A stretch of 53,618 nucleotides of DNA from Amoeboaphelidium occidentale (GCA_023515795.1 JALGPX010000088.1:1-53618); one strand, 5' to 3'; counted from the stretch's first letter, positions 21,932 through 34,999 are shown. Numbers and translations: made by a program. Notes: generated from the sequence alone by a model not told the origin.

Positions 21932-24777
21932 TTATTGCCAGTCCGAAGCCAACTTCTTCTTGCGTGCAATTTCTTTCACGACTGCAATTGCGATAACTAG
22001 ACCGACCATAACTGCAACTAAAGTAGGCTTTGAAAACTGTTCACCCAATTGATCAAAGTTGTTGGATGGTGTCTTTCTTGTACAGAATAAATCACCACCG
22101 TATGCAAATACTAATGTTGTTGATTCCATTTCTGAGGGAAACGAAATAATGCGTTTGTATGGAGTTGACTAGGAATTAAAATGAAATATAAAAGAATAGA
22201 CTTACTTGATACATGTGAGTTAAGACTTCCTTAGGATTCTCCTCAAGAACGGCTTTGTAAGGGACCAACATTTCTTCCTTTTCATCAGCAGTTAAAGCAT
22301 TAGGCAACTTAAAAGGTCGTCGTGGGTCAATCAGACTCTTGGAGAACGAAACAATTCTTCCATCATCAGTTCCAAACAATAATTCTCTTCTTGTTATTCC
22401 ACTAGTTGTCTGTGTTACAGCCATACTTGAAACTCCGGCGTGGAGAAGATAAGATTGTCTCAATACATCCGGCAAATTACTTGAAAATGACGTAAAGTTA
22501 CAACTTTCGAAGCGGACATCAGGAATAGTGCTCTCGTACAATTCTATGATGTTCACTTGTGGTATCAATTCAAACTTATTCTCTGCTCTTGAAAATGATT
22601 GCTTTGACCAAAAGTAGTAGGAAACCCAATTTTCGCTTTGAGCAATATGAACTGGTAATCCTGGTTGGAAATTGTCATGTTTAACGTGTTGTACAATCCT
22701 TCCTGACACCAAGTCAACAAGATACAAATTCAACATTTCTTTCTTTTGATAAGATGTAGCAACAGCAATCAAGTTTGGATTCAAGTACTTGTATAAAACG
22801 CTTCTGTCTCCTAGAACTCTCCCAATTGAAGAGGAAACATCAAATTCAGCTTTCGAAGATGTAGAAACTATTTTCTCTTCTTTTCCAAATTCGATTTTCC
22901 ATCTTTCTACGGCCTTCAATGAGCTACCAGAGCGAACTACTGAATATCCTTTGATAACACCATTCTGTTCGTCCATGTCAGTGAAAAACAGCTTTGTCAG
23001 GGTTTCTTCATCTAGAACAGCTTCCGTTACAGCATTATTTGGAAAAACAGCCACCTCTAAGGTGTTTCTATGGAACAAACCAAGTGCTTGTTCCCCATCA
23101 AGAAGTTTGGAAGGCAACATAAAAGCACTGGTATGTGGCTCATTAATCGGTGACTGTAGCTTCTCCTTAACTTCACCGACCAAAGCATCGACAACAAGTA
23201 TGGAAGATTTTCCTTCATTCTTTGACACAATAGAAATCTGGGGCAAGTGGCCTGAGTGAACACTCTTCGTTAAAAAGAGTTGCAACGACGAGCTTTCAGG
23301 AAGGTACAAAGACCATGCAATATCACCATTCTCAGTTTTAATTGCAAAAATCTTGTTTGCTCTGGTTGCAACAATCAACAATTGTCTGAATCCAAATCGG
23401 TCCCTCTCAAGCCCAGTTTGATTAATAACTTTTAGCTCATTGTCCAATTCAGTATTAGAAAACCTTTTCATGGCAGAGTTCAAATGATATTGCCATCTTC
23501 TTTGGAAGTTTTCAACAAAATTAGATTCAGCATCTCTTACAAAATGGTTTCCTAATTGAGATGAAACTGGCAACTCAGTCCTTATCACATCAACAACATC
23601 GTGGAGAGCTTCTTCTCTACTCCACAACAACTTGTCATTCTTGAACATATGCAAACTTGAATCTTTTAGAGTTGCCAACCACATGACATCTTCAGCGGAT
23701 GAGCGGTGAAGAAATATTTTCTCCGTCAACGATAAGTCGATATTGCCGTGCTTTAATGGAACAGTTGTTTCATATGAACCAACACTTATTTTCAATTGAC
23801 CATCTTTAATTGAAGCAACACACTTATCAATTCTTGAGATTACTGGAATGTCTCCCTTCAACACCTTCTCAATTTTAAAATCACCTGAATCTTCCAAGTC
23901 TCCAACTACAACAGCATCATGATATTTGACAGAAAAAGCTCTGTTGGTTAGACCCAAACTTAAGACAGTCTTTCCTTTGTCTATCTTCAATTTACCGACT
24001 TTTGGGGTAGAAACGGCATCATTTAATACCAAACCGTAGATAAAGTCACCGGACGACCAAATAGCATTATTGTATGACCTTTCAAACAAAGATGCCTTTG
24101 AAATTGTCGCCTCTAACGGAAAATCTTTGATTAATTGGCCATCCTTTCTCTTGATCATGCGCAAGAACGCCTTTTCAGACTCATCTTCATTCTTTGCAAC
24201 AACCGCATACAATCTCTCTTCGTCGACACTCAAAATGAACCCTCCTCTTACGCTTTCTTTTGAACACCACTTTAACTGGCCATCAGACTTTTGGACTTTA
24301 CAAATAGACTCACCCAACACGTAAACATCATCCTTGAAAACAAAAGCTTTTCTGGCACATACTGCTGATGGCAAAACAGTGACCCATTCTACTTTATCTT
24401 CATCGTTTACATACTCTAAGCGAGTCAAACTGGAATTTACTGTACTTGACAACAAAGTATAATGCTCGCCGCCAAACCATTCCAACTTGTCACCTCCTTG
24501 CATCGTATAGCGTCTCTCTACTGAACCATTAAACGGATTTAATCTGGCAACAATAGTCTTGTCAAAGTTAGACACCATCAAGCGCGGTTCTGCAACAGTT
24601 TCTGTAGGGAAGTACAAAGCCCTGTCAATCTTTCCAATTAACTTCTTATGCCTTTTAAAAATCAGAAGGAACCATAGCGTTAAGTTACCAGTCGATAATG
24701 CCAACTTCTTCGCGATGTATAGACGCATTGGCCAAGCTGAGCCACAATCCAACAATCAACAACAGCGATGCAAACAT
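21932..24777 (-). CDS. EMC1: ER membrane protein complex subunit 1 (3 exons)
   Basis: Signal peptide, IDWHKKLIG, DRFGFRQL, GRVLGDRSVLYKYLNPN, ESTTLVFAYGGDLF and a C-terminal TM. Introns 24688-24652 and 22205-22169. Confidence 0.93.
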
Positions 24778-25069
24778 GTTTAGAATAAAGCAGAGCGAAA
24801 GGGCAATCATCTGGCTTTTATTTCTATCAGGCTAAGCTCACAGAACGGTAAGTGGTGTTAAGAATTTACATTTGCAGCCCTTCAGGATCAATGATCATAC
24901 CTTCAAACAGGATGATATGCTACGGCGTAAAGTTGAAACTCAATAAAGACACCAAGTGTAATCAAATCTCTAGAAAATTTTCCTATTTAAAACTTTTAAG
25001 CTTTGGGCGCTGTATCGATGATGGCCAAGTTGTCGCCAAGCAATCGGCGTGATCGATTCAAACCTCACA

Positions 25070-28000
25070 ATGTCCGCAAAGGCAATATCTGAGTACGAGG
25101 GTAAAAGAATTCTGGCAAAATGGCTTGTTAAGCCGCCTTCTTTCAATTCGCAAGGGAATGTTCAGGCACAGAGTGCTTTGTCTTTTGTGCCATCGACCAA
25201 ACTTGCTCGTGTGCATTTAGAACTTGCTGCTACTAATGAACAAAAGTACAAGCCTAATGCTCAAACTGAGTATGCTCCTCAAACAAAACAAGTTCCAGAC
25301 CCAGCTTTAGTCAAGTCTGAACTTCAAGGAATTTTCGCGGCATTGGAGAAACAGGAACCTTGGCTTCTAACCGACAAGCTCGTAGTAAAACCTGACCAGC
25401 TTATTAAGAGACGAGGAAAGCTGGGCTTATTGGGCATTAATTTGAGTTGGGCTGATACCAAGAAATGGATAGAAGATAGGGCTGGCACAAGAATTCAGGT
25501 AAGCTGCTTGTATGAGTTCGCGAAGATAGTTTAACAATTGTTAGGTTGATACTGTTTCGGGCGTATTAAAGAGCTTCATCATTGAGCCTTTTGTTCCTCA
25601 TCCTCAAGAAACTGAGCATTATATTTGCATTCAGTCTGTTCGTGAAGGTGATATGATTTTGTTTTATGATAAAGGTGGTATTGATGTTGGTGATGTTGAT
25701 TCGAAAGCTACAAAGGTTTTGGTTCCTTCAGATGAGACTTTTACTGCTGTTCTACCAAAGATCAGGTCTGAATTATTGAAAGAAATCAAGAGTGATGACA
25801 AGAAACAAGTCTTGGTTGATTTTATTGGAAGACTTCACGCTGTGTACTCTGATTTGAACTTTACATACTTGGAAATCAATCCATTGGTTGTGCTAGACAG
25901 TAAACCACAACCTCAGGTCATCTACCTTGATTTGGCTGCAAAAATTGATCAGACAGCTGACTTTGAAGCTGGTAAATATTGGGCTGAGGCTTTAGGTGGA
26001 AACACCATTGAGTTTCCTGCTCCTTTTGGAAGAGAACTCACAAGAGAAGAAGCATATATCGCTGAACTTGATGCGAAAACTGGTGCTTCATTGAAATTAA
26101 CTGTGTTGAATCCTGAAGGAAGAATCTGGACCATGGTTGCTGGAGGAGGTGCTTCTGTTGTTTACTCGGATGCCATTTCTGCTCATGGATTTTCACATGA
26201 ATTGGCCAATTATGGCGAGTACTCTGGAGCTCCATCTGAAACTCAGACTTATGAGTATGCAAAAACGCTGTTGGACCTCATGACAAGAGGTTCACCAAAT
26301 CCTAAAGGAAAAGTGCTTATTATTGGTGGTGGTATTGCAAACTTTACTAATGTTGCTGCAACATTCAAGGGTATTGTGCGTTCTCTGAATGAATTTAAAG
26401 CTCGTTTGATCAAACATTCAGTCTCAATTTACGTCCGAAGAGGAGGACCAAATTATCAAGAAGGATTGAAATTGATGAGAGAATTAGGAGAGACTTTGGG
26501 AGTTCCTATTCATGTTTACGGTCCTGAAACTCATATTACTGCAATTGTTCCTCTAGCCTTAGGTGTCATGACGAAGGAGCAGTTGAAAATCGGAAATGCA
26601 AGCACTTCGTCATTTGCAGACCAAGTATTCTACGGTGTGCCTGCAGAAGCTGCGTCTAACGCAAGTCTCGCTGCTGCCAAAAATGTCACATCTCCGGAAA
26701 TTGTTTTGAGGGACACAACAACTGATAACATTGCAAGATTTCCATCAACCCCTGTCTCTTCACATCCATGGTATCAGCCTTTCACAAAGGAAACCAGGGC
26801 TTTCATCTATGGAATGCAACCTAGAGCTGTTCAAGGAATGTTGGATTTTGATCACATGTGTCAGAGGAAGACACCAAGTGTTGCTGCAATGATTTATCCG
26901 TTTGGAGGATCCCACGTGCAGAAGTTCTACTGGGGTGACAAAGAAACTCTTTTGCCTGTAACAACGTCTATTAAAGATGCTGTTCAAAGATTTCCGGAGG
27001 TTGATGTCGTTGTAAACTTTGCTTCTTTTAGAAGTGTTTACGAATCCACTTTGGAATTACTGAACTATCCAACTATCAAGACAATCGCTATTATTGCTGA
27101 GGGTGTTCCGGAGAAACGTGCTAAACAGTTGTTGAAGATTGCTAATGACAAGGGTGTTTTGATTATTGGCCCTGCAACAGTAGGAGGAATCAAGCCTGGT
27201 TGTTTCAAAATTGGCAACACTGGGGGCATGATCGATAATATTGTTTCATCTAAATTGTATAGACCTGGAAGTGTCGCTTATGTCTCAAAGAGTGGAGGTA
27301 TGAGCAATGAATTAAATAACATGATTGCAAGATCATCAGGTACTCTTTATCTCGGATGTATTTCTAACTTGTAGATGGTGTTTATGAAGGTGTGGCTATA
27401 GGTGGTGATAGATACCCTGGAAGTACTTTCATCGATCATCTTTTGCGATTCCAGGATGATCAAAACTGTAAAATCTTAGTCTTGCTCGGCGAGGTTGGTG
27501 GAACAGAAGAGTATAAAGTTGCTGAAGCAATTAAGAAGGGCAGAATTACAAAGCCTGTTATTGCATGGTGTATTGGTACTTGCGCAGGAATGTTTGGTGC
27601 TGAAGTTCAGTTTGGACATGCTGGCGCTTTAGCTAACAGCAATCTTGAGACAGCTGAAGCTAAGAACAAAGCTCTTAAAGAAGCTGGTGCCGTTGTGCCT
27701 GATAACTTTGAGAACTTGCCTCAACTTTTGAACAAGGTTTACTCGGAACTAGTTCAGAAGAAGGTTATCATTCCTTCAGAAGAACCTCCTGTTCCTAAAG
27801 TTCCTATTGATTACGCTTGGGCTCAGGAACTTGGTCTTGTTCGTAAGCCAGCAAGTTTTGTGTCTACCATTTGTGATGACCGTGGACAAGAATTGTTGTA
27901 CGCTGGAATGCCAATATCAAAGGTGTTCGATGAGAATATTGGAATCGGTGGTGTTGTTAGTTTGTTGTGGTTTAAACGTCGTTTGCCACAGTATGCCTGC

Positions 28001-28696
28001 CATTTTATTGAAATGGTACTCATGCTTACGGCCGACCATGGACCTGCTGTTTCCGGTGCGCACAATACTATTGTCACTGCTCGTGCTGGCAAAGATTTGA
28101 TTTCTAGTTTGGTTTCTGGTTTATTGACAATCGGAGATCGTTTTGGAGGAGCTTTAGACGGAGCAGCTGATATGTTCAGCAAGGCTTACGATGAAGGGTT
28201 ATCTCCACAAGACTTTGTTGATAAAATGAGAAAAGAGCGCAAGCTCATTCTTGGTATTGGTCACAAAATCAAGAGCAGGACAAATCCAGACTTGCGTGTT
28301 ACAATTCTTACTGAATTTGCAAAGAAAAACTTTCCTCAAACACCGGTACTTGATTACGCAAGAAAAGTAGAAGCAATCACAACTGCAAAGAAAGATAACT
28401 TGATTTTAAATGTGGACGGTGCGGTCGGTGTACTATTTGTTGATTTGCTTCGTCATTCTGGTGCTTTCTCTCGTGAAGAAGCAGAAGAATACATAAAAAT
28501 AGGAAGTTTGAACGGCCTGTTTGTTTTGGGTAGAAGCATCGGTTTTATCGGTCACTACCTTGATCAGAAGAGATTGAAACAAGGATTGTACAGACATCCT
28601 TACGATGATATTAGCTATTTGGTCGGAATGGACCAACCAGGTGCTAGTGTTTTAATAAGCGGGGAGAAACTGGGAGAAGTCTCAGGAAATGAATAA
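25070..28696 (+). CDS. ACLY: ATP-citrate lyase, single fused polypeptide (3 exons)
   Basis: [38 protein letters not shown] and ADHGPAVSG motifs. Introns 25499-25544 and 27340-27374. Confidence 0.96.
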
Positions 28697-28836
28697 ATAT
28701 CTGGGTGATAAGTATATAGGACGTAATGAGGGTATGATCTTAGATTTACTGTGCTTCAAGGAATATTGGCGATAAGCGTGGAACTCCTTCGATCATCAAG
28801 GTAGTTTTTTCGCGATAACTGAAAGATTTTCAGCTA

Positions 28837-31035
28837 ATGATGCTTAGACTTGTCAAACCAAATAGCTTATCACCAATTAAAATAACGAGGAATATTCTTC
28901 CCTCAAGACGAGTGGCTTGGTACTCAAGCAATCCCTATCCGCATCGCCCAATTAATATCAACGTAAATCAATCGCAGGAAAAGTCTGCTTTGGAACAGTT
29001 TGGCGTAAATCTTACAGAGCTTGCTTCCAAAGGAAAGCTGGATCCTGTAATTGGAAGACAAGAGGAAATTAAGCGCACCATTCAGGTCCTCTCGCGTCGA
29101 ACAAAGAATAATCCTGTTTTACTTGGCTCAGCTGGTGTAGGCAAGACGGCTATTGTGGAAGGCTTGGCGCAAATGATTGTAAATGGTGAAGTTCCTGACA
29201 GTATGAAGGATAAACAGGTCATTAGTCTTGATCTTGGTCAGTTGATTGCTGGAGCGAAATTCCGTGGCGAGTTTGAAGATAGATTGAAGGGTGTACTGAA
29301 ACAGGTGGAAGACTCTAATGGCAAGATTATATTGTTCATTGATGAGCTCCATACTTTGCTTGGCTTAGGAAAGGCTGAGGGCTCAATTGACGCTGGAAAC
29401 ATGTTGAAACCTGCATTAGCTCGTGGCTTACTTAGATGTTGTGGCGCGACTACTTTTGATGAGTACAGGAAATACATTGAAAAAGATCAGGCGTTGGCCA
29501 GAAGATTCCAGCCTGTATACGTTGAAGAGCCTACGGTAGAAGACACGATTACAATTTTAAGAGGTTTGAAAGAACGCTACGAAGTTCATCATGGTGTTCG
29601 CGTTGCAGATTCGGCATTAGTCGCAGCTGCCACATATTCACAGCGTTATATTGCAGATAGATTCCTTCCCGATAAAGCTGTTGATCTAGTTGACGAAGCT
29701 TGTTCTAAAATTCGCTTGGAACAAGAGAGCAAGCCTGAATTGTTAGAAACATTAGATCGGTCTATAATTACCATGCAGATTGAATTGGAGTCATTAAAGA
29801 AGGAAAACGATGAATTATCTGTTGAGAGAAAGCGTAAACTGGAACATGATATCAAGGAAAAGCAAGAGGAATCAAAAATCTTAACCGACAAATGGTCATC
29901 GGAGAAGAACAAGTTGCACAAGATCAAAGAAACAAAAGAGAAACTAGAACAAGCGAAAATTGAACTTGAAATTGCTGCTAGAAAAGGAGATCTTGGTCGA
30001 GCTTCTGAGTTGCAGTATGGAGTAATTCCGGATTTAGAGGCTCAAATTCCTCAAGATAGCGACGAAGATTCTGGTGTTTTAGTGAAAGAAATAGTTACAT
30101 CTGATGATGTTGCTGCTGTGGTTTCTAAGGCTACCGGTATTCCTGTTTCTAATTTATTGCGCTCTGAAAAAGAGAAACTGTTGAATATGGAACAAGAACT
30201 TGAAAAGATTGTTGTTGGACAAAGCGAGGCAGTCGAGGCTGTTGCAGAAGCTGTTAGAATGAATAGGGCTGGTTTACATAAACACAACAGACCAATTGGA
30301 TCTTTCATGTTCCTGGGCCCAACTGGAGTCGGAAAGACACAACTGTGTAAAGCAGTCGCACAGTTTCTGTTCAACTCTCAGGACGCGATTATTCGTATTG
30401 ACATGTCTGAGTACATGGAGAAACACTCAATATCCAGACTTATTGGATCTCCACCTGGTTATATTGGTTATGAAGAGTCTGGAGAGCTTACTGAACAAAT
30501 AAGAAGGAAACCTTATTCTGTTGTTTTACTTGATGAATTTGAAAAGAGTCACAGGGATGTTTCAAATCTTCTATTGCAAGTTCTTGATGAAGGGCACCTT
30601 ACTGATAACAAGGGAAGACGTATTGATTTCAGAAATACGATTATCATCATGACCAGCAACTTGTCTAAAAACGAAACTGCAAAGTTACACTTTTCTCCAG
30701 AGTTCATTAATCGAATTGATGATATTATAGAGTTCCACAAGCTGACAAGAGATAACATCAAATCAATTGTAGATATCAGACTAAAAGACGTGAAAGACTT
30801 GATTAAAGAATCCCACCATGGCTTCGAGGTCACTGTGTCAGATGATGCAAAACAATGGCTAGCTGATAATGGCTATGATGAAAACTACGGTGCTCGTCCA
30901 TTGAACAGATTAATTCAACATGAAATACTCCAACCGTTGGCCAAATTAATTTTATCAGGAGATGTCAAGAAGGGCGACAAGATCAAAGTGCAAACCGACG
31001 AGCAAAAGGAAAAACTTGTTCTATCGTGTCAATGA
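28837..31035 (+). CDS. HSP78: Mitochondrial ClpB-family disaggregase Hsp78
   Basis: Presequence, no Clp N-domain, two AAA modules ([16 protein letters not shown]), a coiled-coil M-domain and YGARPL. Confidence 0.93.
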   Translation: MMLRLVKPNSLSPIKITRNILPSRRVAWYSSNPYPHRPININVNQSQEKSALEQFGVNLTELASKGKLDPVIGRQEEIKRTIQVLSRRTKNNPVLLGSAGVGKTAIVEGLAQMIVNGEVPDSMKDKQVISLDLGQLIAGAKFRGEFEDRLKGVLKQVEDSNGKIILFIDELHTLLGLGKAEGSIDAGNMLKPALARGLLRCCGATTFDEYRKYIEKDQALARRFQPVYVEEPTVEDTITILRGLKERYEVHHGVRVADSALVAAATYSQRYIADRFLPDKAVDLVDEACSKIRLEQESKPELLETLDRSIITMQIELESLKKENDELSVERKRKLEHDIKEKQEESKILTDKWSSEKNKLHKIKETKEKLEQAKIELEIAARKGDLGRASELQYGVIPDLEAQIPQDSDEDSGVLVKEIVTSDDVAAVVSKATGIPVSNLLRSEKEKLLNMEQELEKIVVGQSEAVEAVAEAVRMNRAGLHKHNRPIGSFMFLGPTGVGKTQLCKAVAQFLFNSQDAIIRIDMSEYMEKHSISRLIGSPPGYIGYEESGELTEQIRRKPYSVVLLDEFEKSHRDVSNLLLQVLDEGHLTDNKGRRIDFRNTIIIMTSNLSKNETAKLHFSPEFINRIDDIIEFHKLTRDNIKSIVDIRLKDVKDLIKESHHGFEVTVSDDAKQWLADNGYDENYGARPLNRLIQHEILQPLAKLILSGDVKKGDKIKVQTDEQKEKLVLSCQ

Positions 31036-31547
31036 TCTTTACCGTCCACACCTTAACTCAACTAATAAACTCTATCCATTTATACTTTGCCAATGAAGCT
31101 ATCAGGATAGATATCGTTGAAAGCGACAATGCTGTAGGCCTGAAGATATACAAGAACAATTTGAACAATGTACTCACGGAGTATAGGGTTGATAAAACAC
31201 ACAAAGATCTTTACAAACTATTGCATGCATTCCTAGAAAATTACTTTTTACTCATAGATAACGTTGAAGAAGATGATGATCAACCAGAAGGGTTGGAAGA
31301 CCTCAGTTACACACTCTACAATAATGATAATTCGATATCGGACTCTGTTTCCGCTACGAAAGCGATCGAGTTTGATAGCGGATGGACACCGCCTGATGAG
31401 GACGAAGATTTCCTTCTGCAACCTCAATTGACGATAAATGATGTGTTTGAACAGACTTACAAGAAGAAACGATCATCAACGTTGGATGATTACGAGTTTG
31501 ATACATACCGGCGCAGATCTGCTAGCCCACCATCTCATCGCGGATAA
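31032..31547 (+). CDS. Hypothetical protein, possibly SRP9/Srp21-like with an acidic tail
   Basis: 171-aa ORF whose ATG overlaps the HSP78 stop. The pattern [10 protein letters not shown]...VGLKIY...[15 protein letters not shown] loosely recalls yeast Srp21. Confidence 0.45.
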   Translation: MIFTVHTLTQLINSIHLYFANEAIRIDIVESDNAVGLKIYKNNLNNVLTEYRVDKTHKDLYKLLHAFLENYFLLIDNVEEDDDQPEGLEDLSYTLYNNDNSISDSVSATKAIEFDSGWTPPDEDEDFLLQPQLTINDVFEQTYKKKRSSTLDDYEFDTYRRRSASPPSHRG

Positions 31548-31609
31548 CTATTTTTGAAGTACTGTTACTTTTTTATTTATAAACTTTTTACTTTTCTTTC
31601 TTTCCTGGA

Positions 31610-32491
31610 TCATCTTGAGTGTCCAATTTTACTTTGAAACGTTGGCGCATTCTCGAAACCATTCCTGCCCATTGAATAATCCTCAAAAGCCTGTTGAATT
31701 TCTTCGCGAGTATTCATGACGAATGGTCCGTGCTGCACAACCGGTTCATTCAAAGGCATTCCGCCGATCATCACAAAGCGACAGTCTTCTGCGAATTTAA
31801 TCGAGACAACTGATTCTTCCTTCAACAACTCAAAAGCCAAGAAAGAATCTTGATCATATTCCTTATCATTGAAAGATACTTTGCCTTTTAGAATATACAC
31901 AAACACATTGAAGCCAGCTGGAATAACTTCCTTGTATTCAGTTGGTTTCTTGTACGTGTAAATATAATCATAGTACATCATTCCAGTGCTGTGCTGGATG
32001 GTGCCACTTATTCCGTTGCTCTTACCAGCAATTACTTTCAACATCAATTGATCATCCAATAGTGAAACAACAGGAACTTTATCCTTCTTAATTTCCTGAT
32101 ACTTTGGCATAACCATCTTCTCTTTTCTTGGCAAATTAATCCATAATTGTAAACCCAGGCCCAATTCAGAGTTTGGCATTTCAGCGTGCACAATGCCTCT
32201 ACCAGCGGTCATCCATTGTAGATCACCTTCATTCAATACTCCGGAATTACCAATGAAGTCCTCATGTTTGAACGATCCGCTCAACATGTAAGTAACAGTT
32301 TCAAATCCTCTGTGCGGATGGTCTGGAAAGCCTCCACTCATTGGCACAGAGAAATCATCCAACAGAAGGAACGGGTCCAATTGTCTCATTTTGATGCTGC
32401 CAATGGACCGTTTGACTTTTGCTCCCATGCCCTCCATCTGAGGAATGCTTTTAAAAGCTGTTGTGATTCTTCTTTGTGGTAAACTATTCAT
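31610..32491 (-). CDS. Pirin (bicupin)
   Basis: DPFLLLDDF, GFPDHPHRGFETVTY, QWMTAGRGIVHAE, QLWINLP and HGPFVMNT motifs. Confidence 0.95.
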   Translation of the reverse strand: MNSLPQRRITTAFKSIPQMEGMGAKVKRSIGSIKMRQLDPFLLLDDFSVPMSGGFPDHPHRGFETVTYMLSGSFKHEDFIGNSGVLNEGDLQWMTAGRGIVHAEMPNSELGLGLQLWINLPRKEKMVMPKYQEIKKDKVPVVSLLDDQLMLKVIAGKSNGISGTIQHSTGMMYYDYIYTYKKPTEYKEVIPAGFNVFVYILKGKVSFNDKEYDQDSFLAFELLKEESVVSIKFAEDCRFVMIGGMPLNEPVVQHGPFVMNTREEIQQAFEDYSMGRNGFENAPTFQSKIGHSR

Positions 32492-32569
32492 TTGAGTTAA
32501 AAGAAGTAGTAGAATGGGAAGTAAAGCTAACAGCAGAATTGTCGTCGTTTTAAAAGCAAAGGGATTGGA

Positions 32570-33034
32570 TCACTGCAGAACTTTCGAAGCAATGCTCACG
32601 TAAGCATCATCAACACGCTGACGTGATAGCAATTCGATAGATTCCACTGTAAACTCGCCCCATTCTGTATATTTGTGCTTTTGAAGTAATTGTGAATTGA
32701 AGGGACCTCTTTTGACTGTCACATGTGGTGTGTAATCGCTTGTAGTTGCGCTGAATAGTGATCGCATCTGAAGCAGTCTGCTATTGACATCTATCACTGG
32801 AATGTACAAAATACGATTGTTGAAGTGGTCTAGGCCCTGTAGTTGTAATGAGAATTTATCCAATTGCATTGCGTTCAGCGTTGCCAAAGCTCCAGGCACT
32901 TCGTGCTCTGCCAGCATCATTATTGTTATGTGTAAGTTGGTGCTATTAACACGAGGAAATGTGTTTTGTATTCTCGTGGCAACTGTTACAGCATTTACTT
33001 TTACTGCCAGAAAATGTGTGTACTTCGGTTTCAT
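32570..33034 (-). CDS. 2H phosphoesterase (AKAP7/LigT-like)
   Basis: YTHFLAV N-terminus and two HxT motifs (LHITI, PHVTV). Confidence 0.8.
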   Translation of the reverse strand: MKPKYTHFLAVKVNAVTVATRIQNTFPRVNSTNLHITIMMLAEHEVPGALATLNAMQLDKFSLQLQGLDHFNNRILYIPVIDVNSRLLQMRSLFSATTSDYTPHVTVKRGPFNSQLLQKHKYTEWGEFTVESIELLSRQRVDDAYVSIASKVLQ

Positions 33035-33314
33035 CTCGTTCACAAAATGTAATTTTAAAAAAGAAACTCGAGTAAAATAGAATTACAGCGCAAGCTTTGA
33101 AAGTGGATTGTATTTAGAGATGAATCAATGATTACTGGTTAATGAGCTCGCTCTAAACATATCGTGGAAGACTCTCAATGGATAAATATATGCAGCCGCG
33201 ATTAAAGTTTCCTAATATTTTACCGCCACCCATGTTTGATAAGAAAGCGGCACAATAAGTTTGACGTGCGCGAGTTGAATCACCCTGAAACCAAAATGTT
33301 TGTTTCAGCGAATC

Positions 33315-34301
33315 ATGCAACGACCTTCCAACAAATCGGCGTTTCAGGAGTTGAAGGAGCCTTCTTTCATTCAAAACTCCCTAATGCAGCAAGCAAACGC
33401 TGCTCATTTACTCACAAGCAACCAAGATGATCCTGAAGAGTTGAAACGCGCTTTGTTAAATTGTTTCAAGTGCTCGAACGATGTGGCCGATGCATACGCA
33501 CGAAGGCTATCGGGATCTGCTGTCCCCGAAGGTCAAGACAAGGAAGATTGGCTACTGGGCCTTGCCTGGGAAGCAGGTATAACAGATTTGGGCTTGTCCG
33601 GGCTACAAGACTCGATACCTGTCGTCGTTTCAAGTATTCCAACTATCGTAAAAATCAAAGAATTCGGAAGCAGATTTGGCGGAAAGTATGGTGATAAAGA
33701 AGTTATATCCTTAAAGGCGCCTTATGGCTCTCAGGCGGCTGAATTACTCGCGCAGCTTGCCTTTCAACCGATGCTAAGTGGGAAACGCTTGTTGTTTCGT
33801 GGGGTCGGTGGGGCGTTCTTGAGAGACTTACACTTACAGAACAATTATGCAGGTTCTTATGGACGACCTCGTTTCTCTTCCAGTGGTAGTTCGGAAGAAG
33901 CACTTAATTTCAATGAATTTGGTACAGGTGTGTATTGCACCTTTGATGTGGAATATGCGCTGCTATGTGCAGGCAGTGGTGCTGGTGCTGCAATTCTGGT
34001 TTACGACTGGAGTGATACCAAAGACCTTTCTGTCCTCTTTAAAACTGAATTGAATGAATGGAGAAAATTTGTAAAGCGAAACATTTGCAGGCACCGTGAG
34101 GACGTCGCAAACGACCTAGGGCCACCGGAAGATGATCTCGACGAATTATATGACTGCATCCAGGGCAGAATAACAAAAAACTACAAAGCGGCTAGAAGTT
34201 GCAACACGCCTGAGCCGAGCGAGTTTACCCAGGTAGTAGTTTTGAGAGACTACAGAAAAATCCTGGGTGAACGCCTAATCGGGGTGATCTTTTTGGTGTA
34301 A
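33315..34301 (+). CDS. Hypothetical protein with a DUF3990/ADP-ribosyltransferase-like C-terminal domain
   Basis: Intronless 328-aa ORF. LLFRG...EFGTGVYCT...EYA...EWRKFVKRN...YDCIQG...TQVVV follows, from memory, the DUF3990 motif order. Confidence 0.6.
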   Translation: MQRPSNKSAFQELKEPSFIQNSLMQQANAAHLLTSNQDDPEELKRALLNCFKCSNDVADAYARRLSGSAVPEGQDKEDWLLGLAWEAGITDLGLSGLQDSIPVVVSSIPTIVKIKEFGSRFGGKYGDKEVISLKAPYGSQAAELLAQLAFQPMLSGKRLLFRGVGGAFLRDLHLQNNYAGSYGRPRFSSSGSSEEALNFNEFGTGVYCTFDVEYALLCAGSGAGAAILVYDWSDTKDLSVLFKTELNEWRKFVKRNICRHREDVANDLGPPEDDLDELYDCIQGRITKNYKAARSCNTPEPSEFTQVVVLRDYRKILGERLIGVIFLV

Positions 34302-34522
34302 GCCCTTGATGCCTGCTCATCATAATAACTTAAATATAATTGGTTCTCTGTTTGCTTTTGCCGTGCCTTCATCCTTCTTTTCCGAAATCGAAAGCAGTTT
34401 CAGACATCATTTTCTAAGTTCTCGTAACATGCCAAACCATTCTAGTCAAAACTTTGCGACTTATCATGGGTTGAATTTAAACGTGTTTAATATGTCTCAA
34501 ATGGTTCGAACTTTATTAAGAT

Positions 34523-34999
34523 TTAAATGTCCAAAACATTAGCATTGCACAAGAGCTTAGCCCTATATCCCTTAGAGGATACTGCGCATTCTTTAGGAAA
34601 ATTATCGTAATAAAGTCCGTAGCAGAAAATGGTGTAACCCTGGTCAGTCTCTGTTACTGACTGACAGAATTCTCTATGAGTAGGATCAGTGATTTTAGAG
34701 CAGTCAACTGTAAGACTCTCACAACTAACGCCAAAACCAGCCCTTGTAAACCTTGTAGAGCAAACATGAGCAGAACTATCAGAAACGTATGCCTTCTTGC
34801 CATCGTAGTACTGAAACTTCATGTTGTAATTCGTTCCGTCCCTCATCGGGAGAACAGTCAACTTAAACTTGTCATTACTGCAAAAAGCTCTCATGACAGG
34901 TGTGCTGAACTCATTGCCTTCAGCATCCATCAATTTCTGGTCATTAGGTAACGCGCTAACTGCCAATAATGCGCACAAAATTGCAACGACTGTCAACAT
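34523..34999 (-). CDS. Small secreted cysteine-rich protein
   Basis: Signal peptide MLTVVAILCALLAVSA, eight Cys in the mature part, and an A-rich start context. Confidence 0.75.
   Translation of the reverse strand: MLTVVAILCALLAVSALPNDQKLMDAEGNEFSTPVMRAFCSNDKFKLTVLPMRDGTNYNMKFQYYDGKKAYVSDSSAHVCSTRFTRAGFGVSCESLTVDCSKITDPTHREFCQSVTETDQGYTIFCYGLYYDNFPKECAVSSKGYRAKLLCNANVLDI

Noticed and set aside
25070..28696. Fused ATP-citrate lyase as a novelty
   Set aside because: Single-chain ACL is already known in animals and several non-ascomycete fungi.
34495..34520. GGTTCGAA T-loop-like motif suggesting a tRNA
   Set aside because: No T-stem, acceptor stem or D-arm can be formed around it.
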